A stretch of DNA of 64,000 nucleotides from a bacterium (lineage in GTDB: Bacteria; UBA8248), in contig OZ241996.1 in NCBI GenBank assembly GCA_965204535.1, positions 96,001 to 160,000 on the forward strand, given 5' to 3'. The position numbers and the translations under genes are program-made. Under the pieces are notes generated by a model. That model was not told where the DNA came from. It made no database searches and saw only the letters and a list, made by a program, of their open reading frames with translations. Positions within the stretch are counted from its first letter, which is position 1. Each line of letters opens with the position of its first letter. Shown here in pieces: positions 44,072 through 53,261 of the stretch.

Positions 44072-45811
44072 CTACATGAGGGGCTTTTTCTCTTTTGGAA
44101 GATGTTTTTGAATCTTTTTCTTCAGTTTTTCGTTTTTCGGGTCCTCTTTGGAGGCGCGCTTCCAGTGCAGGAGCGCCTTTTCCACATCATGCAGGGCCAA
44201 GTATATATCGCCCAGGTGATCCAGGATGACGGCGTCCTTGGGCATCTTCGTCGCCGCGTGCTGCACCTTCACGAGCGCTTCCTTGAAGCGACCCTGACGG
44301 TAGTAGACCCACCCGATGCTGTCGAGAAAAGCGGCGTTTTCCGGCTCGATCGCCAAGGCGCGATCCAGGAGTTTTTCCGCTTCGTCGAGGTTCTTGTCGA
44401 GTTCGGAGAACATATAGCCCAACAGGTTCAGGGCGTTGGCGTGTTTTGGATCGATTTGGATGATTTTTCTCGTGGTCGCCTCCACGTCGTCCCAGCGCTT
44501 CAACTCGTAATACACGGAGGCGAGAGAATACAAATAACCCTCCCGGTCGGGTTCGAGCTTCACCGCTCTTTGAAGATGGGGCATCGCTTCGGTGAACTTC
44601 TTTTGTCTCGAAAGCAGTAAACCGCGCGTATAATACACCCGGTCTTCATCGGGATGGTGCTTTACGGCTCTATCCAGAACTTCGCTCGCCTTCTTCCACT
44701 TTTCCTGGTCGATGTACAACCAGGCGAGCTGGATGTGCCCGTCCAGCGACTTGGGCAACAACGACAACAATTCGAGAAGCTCCTCCTCGGCGCGCTGATA
44801 TTGCTCCAACTCTTCGTAAATCCTCGCGACGTACTTGCGGACCATCTCGTCTTTCGGATTTCTCGCCAGGACGAATCGAAATTCCCGAAGCGCATCCTGA
44901 TATTCTTTTTGATCGAAGTTCAAAAAACCGAGGGTGCGGTGAACACGCACATTGTCGGGCTCCTCCGACCCGAGCGCCTTGAACTCTTCCAGCGCCTGCT
45001 TGATGTCTTTCTTGCGGATGTAGAGCTGCCCCAGGCGAGAGCGAATGAGGCGGTTGTCGGGCTCGATTTTTTGCGCTTTTTTGTAGGTTGCTTCCGCCTC
45101 GTCGAACTTTTCCTGCGCCTCATAGAGCCTGGCGAGCAGGAGCATTCCGCGCGTGAACCTGGGCTGTCTCTTGAGGATATTGGAAATTTCCTTCTCTGCC
45201 TCGGCGAATTTTTTCAAGCCCGCATAGGCTTGCGCGAGATTGTACCTGGCGAGTATGGGCCTTACGCCCGACTCGACGAGGGTCTCGAGCGTCTCGACGG
45301 CTTCGGAATACTTGCCCAAATCCAGGTAGACGCTGCCCAGGAGCAGGCGTGTTTCCTGGTGATCGGGACTCAATTTCAGCAACTCGTTATAAGTGGCGAC
45401 AGCTTCGTCCAGCTTCGTGAGAGAAGCGTATATGCCTCCCAGAACGAAGTGAGCCTCGAGGTTCTTTGCATCCTGCGCCGTCGCCTTGAGGGCGAATTTT
45501 TCGGCCTCGGCCAGTTTCCCCTGACGAACGAGAAGCGACGCCAGGCGAGTCGACAAAAAAGAGGAGCCCGGATTGTTCTCGACAGCCTGGAGGTAAGACG
45601 CCGCCGCATCTTTGAGGTTTCCGTCCAGCTCTTCGCGGTAGCCGGCGATAAAATGAAAATAGGACTTGGACGTTCCTTTTATTTTGTCTGAAAGCGGACG
45701 CAGCTTGACTACGGGCGCAGGCGCTTCGGGCTTCACCTCGGTTTCCAAAGGCGCGCATCCCGCCAGGATCAGGGCGAGGGGCAATATCATCTTGCCGTAG
45801 AATTTCACCAT
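44072..45811 (-). CDS. Multi-TPR lipoprotein (LbcA/PA4667-like)
   Basis: Lipobox LAGC after ATG 45811 with GGAGAGG RBS; many TPRs; C-terminal ALNLLGY..LDSIGWVYY..DHLGD. Confidence 0.85.
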   Translation of the reverse strand: MVKFYGKMILPLALILAGCAPLETEVKPEAPAPVVKLRPLSDKIKGTSKSYFHFIAGYREELDGNLKDAAASYLQAVENNPGSSFLSTRLASLLVRQGKLAEAEKFALKATAQDAKNLEAHFVLGGIYASLTKLDEAVATYNELLKLSPDHQETRLLLGSVYLDLGKYSEAVETLETLVESGVRPILARYNLAQAYAGLKKFAEAEKEISNILKRQPRFTRGMLLLARLYEAQEKFDEAEATYKKAQKIEPDNRLIRSRLGQLYIRKKDIKQALEEFKALGSEEPDNVRVHRTLGFLNFDQKEYQDALREFRFVLARNPKDEMVRKYVARIYEELEQYQRAEEELLELLSLLPKSLDGHIQLAWLYIDQEKWKKASEVLDRAVKHHPDEDRVYYTRGLLLSRQKKFTEAMPHLQRAVKLEPDREGYLYSLASVYYELKRWDDVEATTRKIIQIDPKHANALNLLGYMFSELDKNLDEAEKLLDRALAIEPENAAFLDSIGWVYYRQGRFKEALVKVQHAATKMPKDAVILDHLGDIYLALHDVEKALLHWKRASKEDPKNEKLKKKIQKHLPKEKKPLM

Positions 45812-45851
45812 GAAATACAACCTCTCCAAGAATGACTCGCGCCGGATATTA

Positions 45852-46346
45852 TCATAATTTGGATTTTCCATGCGCACGAATATGGAAGATGAGTTTTTCC
45901 GCCGCCCGGCGTAATTGCTCATCCCCCATATCGGCAATGGCGTCACCTATCGCGGTTTCATCGCCCGAGGAAATCGGCGTCGCTTCCCTGGTATACGCCG
46001 CCGGTTCACCCTCATCATCATTGTCGAACGCAAGACCTTCGTTCGAAATCCTGAAGCGGATCTCGTCGATACGGGAATCCTCCATGTGCTCGTTGATTCT
46101 CGCGATCAAATCCTGCTTTCTGAGCTCGAGTTCATACAACCAGCTCGAGTCGGCGACCTCCACGTGGAGGCAGCCCTTCCTGAAAGATACGGGCCGCGCC
46201 GCCCGGGAGATGCCCTCGCCCACGGCCCTGGGCCAGATGCGGAACACGAAATTCCTGGCCAGCCGCTTGCCCCAGGGTTCTTTCCGGCGCAATTCCCTCA
46301 GGATAGATTCGAATCTCCTGGGCTTCGAGAAGGGTTGTTTACTCAC
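45852..46346 (-). CDS. dciA: DUF721/DciA-family helicase loader
   Basis: WPRAVGEGI..RPVSF..LHVEVADSSWLYEL..LIARIN..IRFRI; GTG start overlapping the plsC end. Confidence 0.8.
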   Translation of the reverse strand: MSKQPFSKPRRFESILRELRRKEPWGKRLARNFVFRIWPRAVGEGISRAARPVSFRKGCLHVEVADSSWLYELELRKQDLIARINEHMEDSRIDEIRFRISNEGLAFDNDDEGEPAAYTREATPISSGDETAIGDAIADMGDEQLRRAAEKLIFHIRAHGKSKL

Positions 46347-47037
46347 CCGGAGCGCCCTTTTTCTCGAGGCTTTCGGCGATCCCCCCGTTTTGCAGCTCCC
46401 CAATGGCCGTCATCACGCGGTCGATGATCTCCTGGCTCGCCTCTTTCGTGTTGACGATTGCATACTCATCGTCTAAGTCCATCGGCGCGCCGAATCGCAA
46501 CTCGACCCTCGTTCCGGGGCGGGGGATGGTCTTGCCCACCGGAATCACCCGGTCCGTCCCCTTGATGGAGACGGGGATGACCGTGGGGGTGGTGTTCCTC
46601 ACGATCCGGCCCACCATGCGGTTCCCCCGCAGAAGCTGCCCGTCGCGGCTCCGCGTGCCCTCGGGGTAGAGGATGACTTTCCCCTCTTTGATGTATTCCT
46701 CGATCATGCGGATGGATTTCCTGTCGGCTCCGCCGCGCTTGATGGGGAAACCCCGCCATTTGTGCAGTATCCACCCCACGACGGGGAGATCAAAAAGCTC
46801 TTCTTTTCCCGCCTGGCGAAGCAGTTCTTCCGGGTATTTCAGGTAGATGGCCCATGGGATCACCAGGACATCGAGGGCGGAGATATGATTGCTCAAAAAG
46901 AGGATGTTCCCCCCCGGCGGGATGTTCTCCATCCCGGTGATTTTCATTTTGGTGAACAGGCGCACCAGAAGACCCACGAAGCCGCACCCCAGCCGTATCA
47001 TCACCCGCTCGCTCAATGGACCCGTACCCGCGATCAA
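46339..47037 (-). CDS. plsC: 1-acyl-sn-glycerol-3-phosphate acyltransferase family
   Basis: NHISALD (HxxxxD), YPEGTRS, VIPV motifs. Confidence 0.88.
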   Translation of the reverse strand: MIAGTGPLSERVMIRLGCGFVGLLVRLFTKMKITGMENIPPGGNILFLSNHISALDVLVIPWAIYLKYPEELLRQAGKEELFDLPVVGWILHKWRGFPIKRGGADRKSIRMIEEYIKEGKVILYPEGTRSRDGQLLRGNRMVGRIVRNTTPTVIPVSIKGTDRVIPVGKTIPRPGTRVELRFGAPMDLDDEYAIVNTKEASQEIIDRVMTAIGELQNGGIAESLEKKGAPGE

Positions 47038-47276
47038 CTCGAAAATCTCCCGCCATGCAGAGATGAAAGTTTATGGAATTTCATGATTTTCAAGGGCCGA
47101 ACCATCCAGAAGGCGGAGGGCGCAACCGCGCGCGGACGAACGAGGGGGCATTATACCCCCTCACGATGGAGAATGACACAAGGCGGGTTCAAAAACGAGG
47201 TTGCCCGCCGAAGAAGGGGGTGCAATAATTCGCGCGCCTTGCAGAAAAACGGCCATCCGCCCGATGGGAGTCTTGC

Positions 47277-48656
47277 GTGTCCGGCATCAACCCGCTGATC
47301 TTCAGGGAATACGACATTCGCGGCGTTGTGGAGAAAGACCTCACCACCGGGGTCGTCGAAAGCATCGGCGGCGCTCTCGGCACACACCTGGGCGGCGCGC
47401 AGGGGGCCGCGGTCGCCCTCGGGCGCGACAACCGCTTCTCCTCCCCCGATTTCTACGACGCGCTCCAAAAAGGCCTCACCGCCGCAGGCTGCCGCGTCAT
47501 CGGGATCGGCATGGTGCCCACCCCGGTGGTCTCCTTCGCGACGCACCACCTCGACGTGGCGGGCGCCGTGCAGATTACAGGCTCGCATAACCCGCCGGAG
47601 TTCAACGGCTTCAAGATCACCCGGAGGCGCGAGGCGATTCACGGTGCGGAGATCCAGGAGATACGAAAAATCATCGTAGAGGGCCGGATCCACCGGGCCG
47701 AGGCGCGGGGCGCGTTCACAGAAGTCGACATCAGACCCCGATACATCGAGCGCGCATCGAAAGACCTGAGTCTAACCAGACCCGTCAAGGTGGTCGTCGA
47801 TGCGGGGAACGGGGTCGGCGGCACGGTGGCGCCCCAGGTGTTGAGAAACATCGGCGCGGAAGTGGTGGAACTCTTCACCGAGCCCGACGCCTCTTATCCC
47901 AACCACCACCCCGACCCCACGGTGCCGGAAAACCTCGAATCCCTGATAGCGAAAGTCCGGAAAACGGGCGCAGAGGCGGGAATCGGTCTGGACGGCGACG
48001 GCGACCGCATCGGCGCGGTGGACGCCACGGGCAGAATCATCTGGGGGGATGAATTGCTCATGCTGCTCGCGGCGCCCATTCTGGCGCGAAGCCCCGGAGA
48101 GGCCGTCGTATTCGACGTGAAGTGTTCATCGCGCCTGGCCGACGCCGTGAAGCGGATGGGCGGGCGTCCGGTGATGAGCGCGACGGGCCACTCGCTCGTG
48201 CGCGCCAAGATCGTGGAGGAGAAGGCCCCTCTGGGCGGTGAACTCTCCGGTCACATCTTCTTCGTGGACGGCTACCTGGGCTATGACGACGCCATCTACA
48301 CGGCCGCCAGGCTCCTGCATCTTCTGTGCGATTCAGAAGATACGCTCGCCGAGCGGGTCTCGAAAATCCCCACGTCGGTCTCCACGCCCGAGATCAGGGT
48401 CGCGTGCCCGGACGAGGAGAAATTCCAGATCGTCGAAAACCTAAAGAACCACTTCAAGAATATATACGAAACGATTGAAGTTGATGGCGCTCGAATCAAT
48501 TTCGAAAAAGGCTGGGGCCTCATCCGCGCCTCGAACACCCAGCCCGTGCTCGTCATGCGCTTTGAGGCGCTCGATGAACCCTCCCTGCAGGCATACCAGA
48601 GCGAAGTATACGAAGAAATAAAAAAATACCCCGCCGTCTCCCTGCCGGATGCGTAG
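47277..48656 (+). CDS. algC: Phosphomannomutase/phosphoglucomutase
   Basis: FREYDIRG, TGSHNP, DGDGDR, GELSGH, RASNTQP. Confidence 0.94.
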   Translation: MSGINPLIFREYDIRGVVEKDLTTGVVESIGGALGTHLGGAQGAAVALGRDNRFSSPDFYDALQKGLTAAGCRVIGIGMVPTPVVSFATHHLDVAGAVQITGSHNPPEFNGFKITRRREAIHGAEIQEIRKIIVEGRIHRAEARGAFTEVDIRPRYIERASKDLSLTRPVKVVVDAGNGVGGTVAPQVLRNIGAEVVELFTEPDASYPNHHPDPTVPENLESLIAKVRKTGAEAGIGLDGDGDRIGAVDATGRIIWGDELLMLLAAPILARSPGEAVVFDVKCSSRLADAVKRMGGRPVMSATGHSLVRAKIVEEKAPLGGELSGHIFFVDGYLGYDDAIYTAARLLHLLCDSEDTLAERVSKIPTSVSTPEIRVACPDEEKFQIVENLKNHFKNIYETIEVDGARINFEKGWGLIRASNTQPVLVMRFEALDEPSLQAYQSEVYEEIKKYPAVSLPDA

Positions 48657-49236
48657 CCTCCGCGCGCTCTACGACTGGGTGCTGCGCTGGGCGGATTCGC
48701 GCTACGCCCTGCCCGCCCTCATCATCGTATCGGCGACGGAATCCATCTTCTTCCCCATACCGCCGGACCCGCTCCTGATGGCCTTGGCGCTCGCCAGGCC
48801 GCAAAGGGCGTATCTATACGCCGCCGTCTGCTCGGCCTCCTCCGTGCTGGGCGGCGCGCTGGGCTATTTGATCGGCTTTTATCTCTTGAAAAGCGTCGGA
48901 GAGCCCATTATCGCCTTCTACGGCGTGGCGGATAAGTATCAACTCGTTCAGGAATACTACCGCGCCTATGACGCCTGGGCGGTCGGAATCGCGGGCTTTA
49001 CGCCGATTCCCTACAAAGTGTTCACCATTTCGGCGGGCGCGTTCGAGATCGATTTTCTCGTCTTCCTCATCGCATCGGCCTTGAGCCGCTCGGCGCGCTT
49101 TTTCATCGAGGCCGCGCTCATCCACCGCTTCGGCCCGCCGATAAGAAGTTTCATCGATCGCCGCTTTAATTTATTGACCATCCTCTTTATCGTATTGCTT
49201 TTGGGCGGTTTTCTCCTGTTCAAAGGAATCTTTTAG
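48649..49236 (+). CDS. YqaA/DedA-superfamily (VTT domain) membrane protein
   Basis: ESIFFPIPPD..SVLGGALGY..GFTPIPYKVFTI..SRSARF. Confidence 0.9.
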   Translation: MRSLRALYDWVLRWADSRYALPALIIVSATESIFFPIPPDPLLMALALARPQRAYLYAAVCSASSVLGGALGYLIGFYLLKSVGEPIIAFYGVADKYQLVQEYYRAYDAWAVGIAGFTPIPYKVFTISAGAFEIDFLVFLIASALSRSARFFIEAALIHRFGPPIRSFIDRRFNLLTILFIVLLLGGFLLFKGIF

Positions 49237-50351
49237 TGGCCGGACGGAAAACGGCCCCCCTGTGGGCGGTCATCATGGCGGGAGGCGTGGGAATGCGCTT
49301 CTGGCCGGTGAGCAGAAAAGCGAGGCCCAAGCAGTTCCTGCCGCCGGGAGGCGGGGTTCCGCCGGAAAACGAAGGCCCCTCGCTGCTCGAAATGACGCTG
49401 GCGCGCGCGCGCGGCCTCGCGCCGCCCGAACGAACGCTCGTCATGGCTTCGGCGGCGCACCGGAAATTGTTCAAAAACATCGATGTCCCAAAACGAAACG
49501 TCGTCTATGAACCGGAGCCTAAAAACACCGCGCCCTGCCTCGGCCTGGCGGCCCGCCTCGTCGAATCGAGAGAGCCGGGCGCTGCGATGTGCGCCCTGCC
49601 CGCAGACCAGTTCATCGGGAAGACGCGGGAATTCCGAAAAATCATCAAGGCCGGCGCGCATCTGGCGAGTGCGGGTGGGGCCATCGTGTCGCTCGGGCTG
49701 ACGCCGCACGCGCCCGATACCGGCTTCGGCTATGTCGAGCGCGGCGAACGAATCGCGCTTTCAGGAGAAATCGAGGCGTTCCGCGCAAAGAAGTTTATTG
49801 AAAAACCCCCGCTCGCACGGGCCAGGCGGTATGCGGCCTCCGGGAAACACTATTGGAACAGCGGCATTTTCATCTCAAAGGCCGCTCATCTTATCGATGA
49901 ACTGGAAGCCCACCAGCCCCGGCTGAGCGAACTTTTAAGCCGGGCGGGGTCCGCATTTGATAAGCGCGACGCCGCCGCTTTCGCGAAATTATGGGCGAAG
50001 TGCGAATCCATCAGCATCGATCACGGGATGATGGAGAAAACGCGCCGCCTCATCGTCTTGCCGGCCGACGTCGGCTGGAGCGATCTGGGCACGTGGCCCG
50101 CCCTCCGGGACGCCTTGCCGCGCGATGAGGCCGGCAACGTCTGGATACTCCCCAAAGGAGGGGAAGCCAAGACCATCGAAGCGAAGAACCTCATCGTCCG
50201 CTCGAACAAGAAGATCGTCGCCGCACTCGGGGTCGAGGAACTCATCGTCGTCGAGACGGCCGACGCGCTGCTCATCTGTTCGGTCGAGAACGCGGAAAAA
50301 ATCGGTGAGATGGTCAAAAACCTCAAAGGCAAGGACACGAAATTTCTATGA
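49236..50351 (+). CDS. manC: Mannose-1-phosphate guanylyltransferase (no PMI domain)
   Basis: MAGGVGMRFWPVSR..PKQF, NTAPC, FIEKP, WNSGIF, WSDLGTW. Confidence 0.92.
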   Translation: MAGRKTAPLWAVIMAGGVGMRFWPVSRKARPKQFLPPGGGVPPENEGPSLLEMTLARARGLAPPERTLVMASAAHRKLFKNIDVPKRNVVYEPEPKNTAPCLGLAARLVESREPGAAMCALPADQFIGKTREFRKIIKAGAHLASAGGAIVSLGLTPHAPDTGFGYVERGERIALSGEIEAFRAKKFIEKPPLARARRYAASGKHYWNSGIFISKAAHLIDELEAHQPRLSELLSRAGSAFDKRDAAAFAKLWAKCESISIDHGMMEKTRRLIVLPADVGWSDLGTWPALRDALPRDEAGNVWILPKGGEAKTIEAKNLIVRSNKKIVAALGVEELIVVETADALLICSVENAEKIGEMVKNLKGKDTKFL

Positions 50352-50373
50352 ACCGATCGCAGGATACGTGAAC

Positions 50374-51180
50374 ATGCTCTGGGAACACGCCCTCCTCCTC
50401 GGCGTCCTCCAAGGCCTCACCGAGTTCCTGCCGGTCAGCAGTTCAGGGCACCTCGTTCTGGGCCAGCGCATTCTGGGGCTGAAAGAACCCGAGTTGTTCT
50501 TCGACATCCTCCTCCACGTCGGCACCCTCGCCGCCGTCCTCGTCTTCTACGGAAAAGACCTCTGGCGCATCGCGCGGGGATGGGTTTCGTCCCTCGTGGG
50601 CAGAGATTCAAATGAGGGCGCGGCCAGAACGGGCTGGCTTCTGATTCTCGGCTCGGTTCCCGCGGGAATCGTGGGCGTTCTTCTGGGTGGGCTGGTCGAG
50701 CAGATGTTCGCCTCGCCCAAGATTGCCGCCTGCGCGCTGCTCGTGACGGGCGGCATCTTATGCCTGAGCGAACCCAAAGAAGGCGCGGGCCGGGAGGAAG
50801 CGCAGATGACGGCCAAAGACGCCCTCATCATCGGCGTATTCCAAGCGTTCGCCATCATTCCGGGCATCTCGCGCTCGGGGGCGACCATCGCCGCCGCACT
50901 CATGCGCGGCGTGGCGCGCGAACAAGCCGCGCGCTTCAGCTTCCTGCTCTCCGTACCGGCCATTCTGGGCGCATTCGCGCTCAAGATAAAAGACCTGGAA
51001 GGCCCGCTCGGCGAGAAACTGCTCCCCTACGCGGTCGGCGCGCTCGCAGCAGCAATCGTGGGAGCCGTCGCTTTGGGCTGGCTCATCCGGCTCGTGCGGG
51101 GCGGCAATCTGGCGCGCTTTCGCTACTATTGCTGGGGCGCGGGCGCACTGGCCCTCCTCTACCTGTTCGCCGCGGGATAG
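50374..51180 (+). CDS. uppP: Undecaprenyl-diphosphate phosphatase
   Basis: QGLTEFLPVSSSGH, PGISRSGATI, AARFSFLLSVPA. Confidence 0.96.
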   Translation: MLWEHALLLGVLQGLTEFLPVSSSGHLVLGQRILGLKEPELFFDILLHVGTLAAVLVFYGKDLWRIARGWVSSLVGRDSNEGAARTGWLLILGSVPAGIVGVLLGGLVEQMFASPKIAACALLVTGGILCLSEPKEGAGREEAQMTAKDALIIGVFQAFAIIPGISRSGATIAAALMRGVAREQAARFSFLLSVPAILGAFALKIKDLEGPLGEKLLPYAVGALAAAIVGAVALGWLIRLVRGGNLARFRYYCWGAGALALLYLFAAG

Positions 51181-51190
51181 CGCTTACCGC

Positions 51191-51805
51191 CTAGTGCATG
51201 GGTGAGAACGAAGAGGGCACCCAGATTTCCGAATTCTGCGTATCCAGGAACGGACGCGAGCCCGGAGGCCAGTTCGGAAGCTCATGCGCTTTCTTGCGGA
51301 TCTCGGCGCGGTGGTTCATGTCCTCATACGCCCAGACGTGAATCCACTCGTTGAGCGGCCCCACATCGGTCATGAAGAGCGCGGCCAGCGGGGAGAGTTC
51401 TTCCCGCGCCGCGATGTGCTCGGTCCAGCGGCTGAGGACCTCGCCCGTCTTGCCGGGCTGCACGGTGTAGGTCCTGAACTCATATACGCTGCCATACGCC
51501 CCGAGACGCGGTTCGGGCCGGAACGGGGGCGCCGTCATCACCTTGCTCTCCTGTTCGAGAATCAGATGCCCGTTGGGCGGCGGCCACCAGTCCATCGACA
51601 TCGTTTTCGCCCGCACCTCGGCGCGGTGATCCATGCTCTCGTACTGCCAGATGTGCCTGATGCGGTTCAGGTCCCCGACCTCGGTATGGAAGAATCCCAT
51701 GATCGGAGAGACTTCGTTTCTCTTGTCGATGACTTTTGCGAAATTCTCCTCGAACTCGGCCACGCCGCCGACGGTGAGCCGATAAGTGCGCATTTCGTAT
51801 ATCAT
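51191..51805 (-). CDS. Tandem two-domain NIPSNAP family protein
   Basis: Two repeats of YExRTY..TE/DVGxLN..HxWxYExMxHRAExR; ends SFSPMH. Confidence 0.9.
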   Translation of the reverse strand: MIYEMRTYRLTVGGVAEFEENFAKVIDKRNEVSPIMGFFHTEVGDLNRIRHIWQYESMDHRAEVRAKTMSMDWWPPPNGHLILEQESKVMTAPPFRPEPRLGAYGSVYEFRTYTVQPGKTGEVLSRWTEHIAAREELSPLAALFMTDVGPLNEWIHVWAYEDMNHRAEIRKKAHELPNWPPGSRPFLDTQNSEIWVPSSFSPMH

Positions 51806-51993
51806 GCAACTTTCCTCCAGGATGGTTGTTGAAAAGGGATACGCCCCGAAGTGTAGGCCGAAGCGCGCGGGCGGGCAAGGAGGCGAGAGCTATTTCACAC
51901 CGAATCGCTCGCAAAAGCGCGAGCGGCGACACTCCCCTGTTCGGGGCTGTTGAAAAAGTCTCGCCTCGCTCGGGAGCGCCCTTCGCTCTCGAT

Positions 51994-52240
51994 CGTCATT
52001 CCGGTGTCGGAACCGACCAATGCGGGAGGATTCGACGGAATCCATTTTCGCCTTTGACTCATCGCCTTTCACCCGGATGTCCTCGCTCCCGGATGGGGAA
52101 GATGAGGACGCCGCCGCGTATTCACCTCATCTGCTTCGGATTCCGGCGTGGCTCTCTCTTCCACGAGTCGGAATCGAGATCGAAAACGACAGGACGAAAA
52201 AGCGAAGTCAAAATGGATTCCGGCTTTCGCCGGAATGACG
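51994..52240. repeat. Inverted pair of CGTC-tagged REP-like palindromes
   Basis: CGTCATTCCGG..CGGAATCCATTTT (51994-52048, with expanded loop) and, on the minus strand, CGTCATTCCGGCGAAAGCCGGAATCCATTTT (52210-52240). Confidence 0.75.
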
Positions 52241-52259
52241 AACAAAACCCCACCGCCTT

Positions 52260-52307
52260 GTAGGGAAAGGCCGCGACCTGGGACAGGCACAGGGGCCTGT
52301 CCGCTAC
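52260..52307. repeat. GTAG-tagged REP-like palindrome with degenerate inverted partner
   Basis: Minus strand GTAGCGGACAGGCCCCTGTGCCTGTCCC (52280-52307) facing GTAGGGAAAGGCC at 52260. Confidence 0.6.
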
Positions 52308-52438
52308 AGACTCCTCGCCGGTCGGCTCCATGCGCCGAATCAGGAAAAGGACTTTTTCAACAGCCCCGGGAAAGAAGCGCTTGTAATGCAGGGCCCGGCC
52401 TCGAAGCGGTACCGCGCCGGGCGCGGTTTCCGGCGGGT

Positions 52439-52954
52439 CTAGGCGAGATCCCTCGGCAGGACGAAGTCGGTGAGAATCGCCGCGCCTTCGCGCAGGGAGG
52501 ACCAGCGCGCCGCGTCGAGCGCGAACGCGGCCAGGGCGGCGGTCGGGAATTTTTCGTCCATACGCCGGCGCATCGGCTCGGCTCCGCCGCCGCAAATCCC
52601 GGCGGCGAGGTCTTCGAGCCCCGGGTTGTGGCCGATGAGCAGGACGCAATCAACGGCGGCTTCGATGCGTTTGAGGCGTCTCAGCAGGGTCCCCGCGCCC
52701 GCTCCGTAGAGGCCGCTCTCGATGCGCACGACGGCGTCGCGAGCCAGGCCGGGCAACATCAGGGCCAGGGTCTCACGGGTGCGCCGGGCGGCCGAGCACA
52801 GGATGAGGTCGGGCAGCAGGCCGCGATGCGCAAGATGCCGGGCGATCAGCGGCGCCGCGCGGCGACCGCGTGCGTTCAGAGGGCGATCGAAATCGGCCAA
52901 CCCCGGTTCCGACCAGCTCGACTTGGCGTGGCGCAGCAGGAAAAGGGTCTTCAT
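52439..52954 (-). CDS. sixA: SixA-like phosphohistidine phosphatase
   Basis: LLRHAKSSW..DFDRPLN.RG, CSAARRTRET, LIGHNPG, FPTAA. Confidence 0.88.
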   Translation of the reverse strand: MKTLFLLRHAKSSWSEPGLADFDRPLNARGRRAAPLIARHLAHRGLLPDLILCSAARRTRETLALMLPGLARDAVVRIESGLYGAGAGTLLRRLKRIEAAVDCVLLIGHNPGLEDLAAGICGGGAEPMRRRMDEKFPTAALAAFALDAARWSSLREGAAILTDFVLPRDLA

Positions 52955-53261
52955 GGCTCCATCCGTGTCACGATGGTTTCATGCGATGCCGGTCATTGTC
53001 CTTCAGCCGGGAAAGGGCGTCAAATAGAACGCACTCAACGACGACGGCGATTCCCGGACCGTTTGCCATTTTTTGTCCGCCCACAGAGGCGGCGCGCTTT
53101 CACGTCTGCGGGCGGAGACGCTCTGCGAAACGGATGATCCGGAGCCGGATTTGAAATCGACTCCAGGCGTGTTACCTTGCGCGCTTTGTGTACGCGCCGC
53201 CCGGACAGTCCGACGGGCGCGCCGTGCTTCGACCATTGCTCGAGATGGAGACCGAATCCCC

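Larger units (their letters stand above)
51942..52368. mobile_element. 427-bp non-autonomous MITE-like element
   Basis: Perfect 19-bp terminal inverted repeats CGGGGCTGTTGAAAAAGTC (51942-51960) and GACTTTTTCAACAGCCCCG (52350-52368); no credible ORF inside. Confidence 0.75.

Noticed and set aside
51826-52440. Short ORFs across the MITE region (60-175 aa)
   Set aside because: They are translations of palindromic repeats (for example MDSGFRRND, VIPAKAGIH) with no transposase motifs
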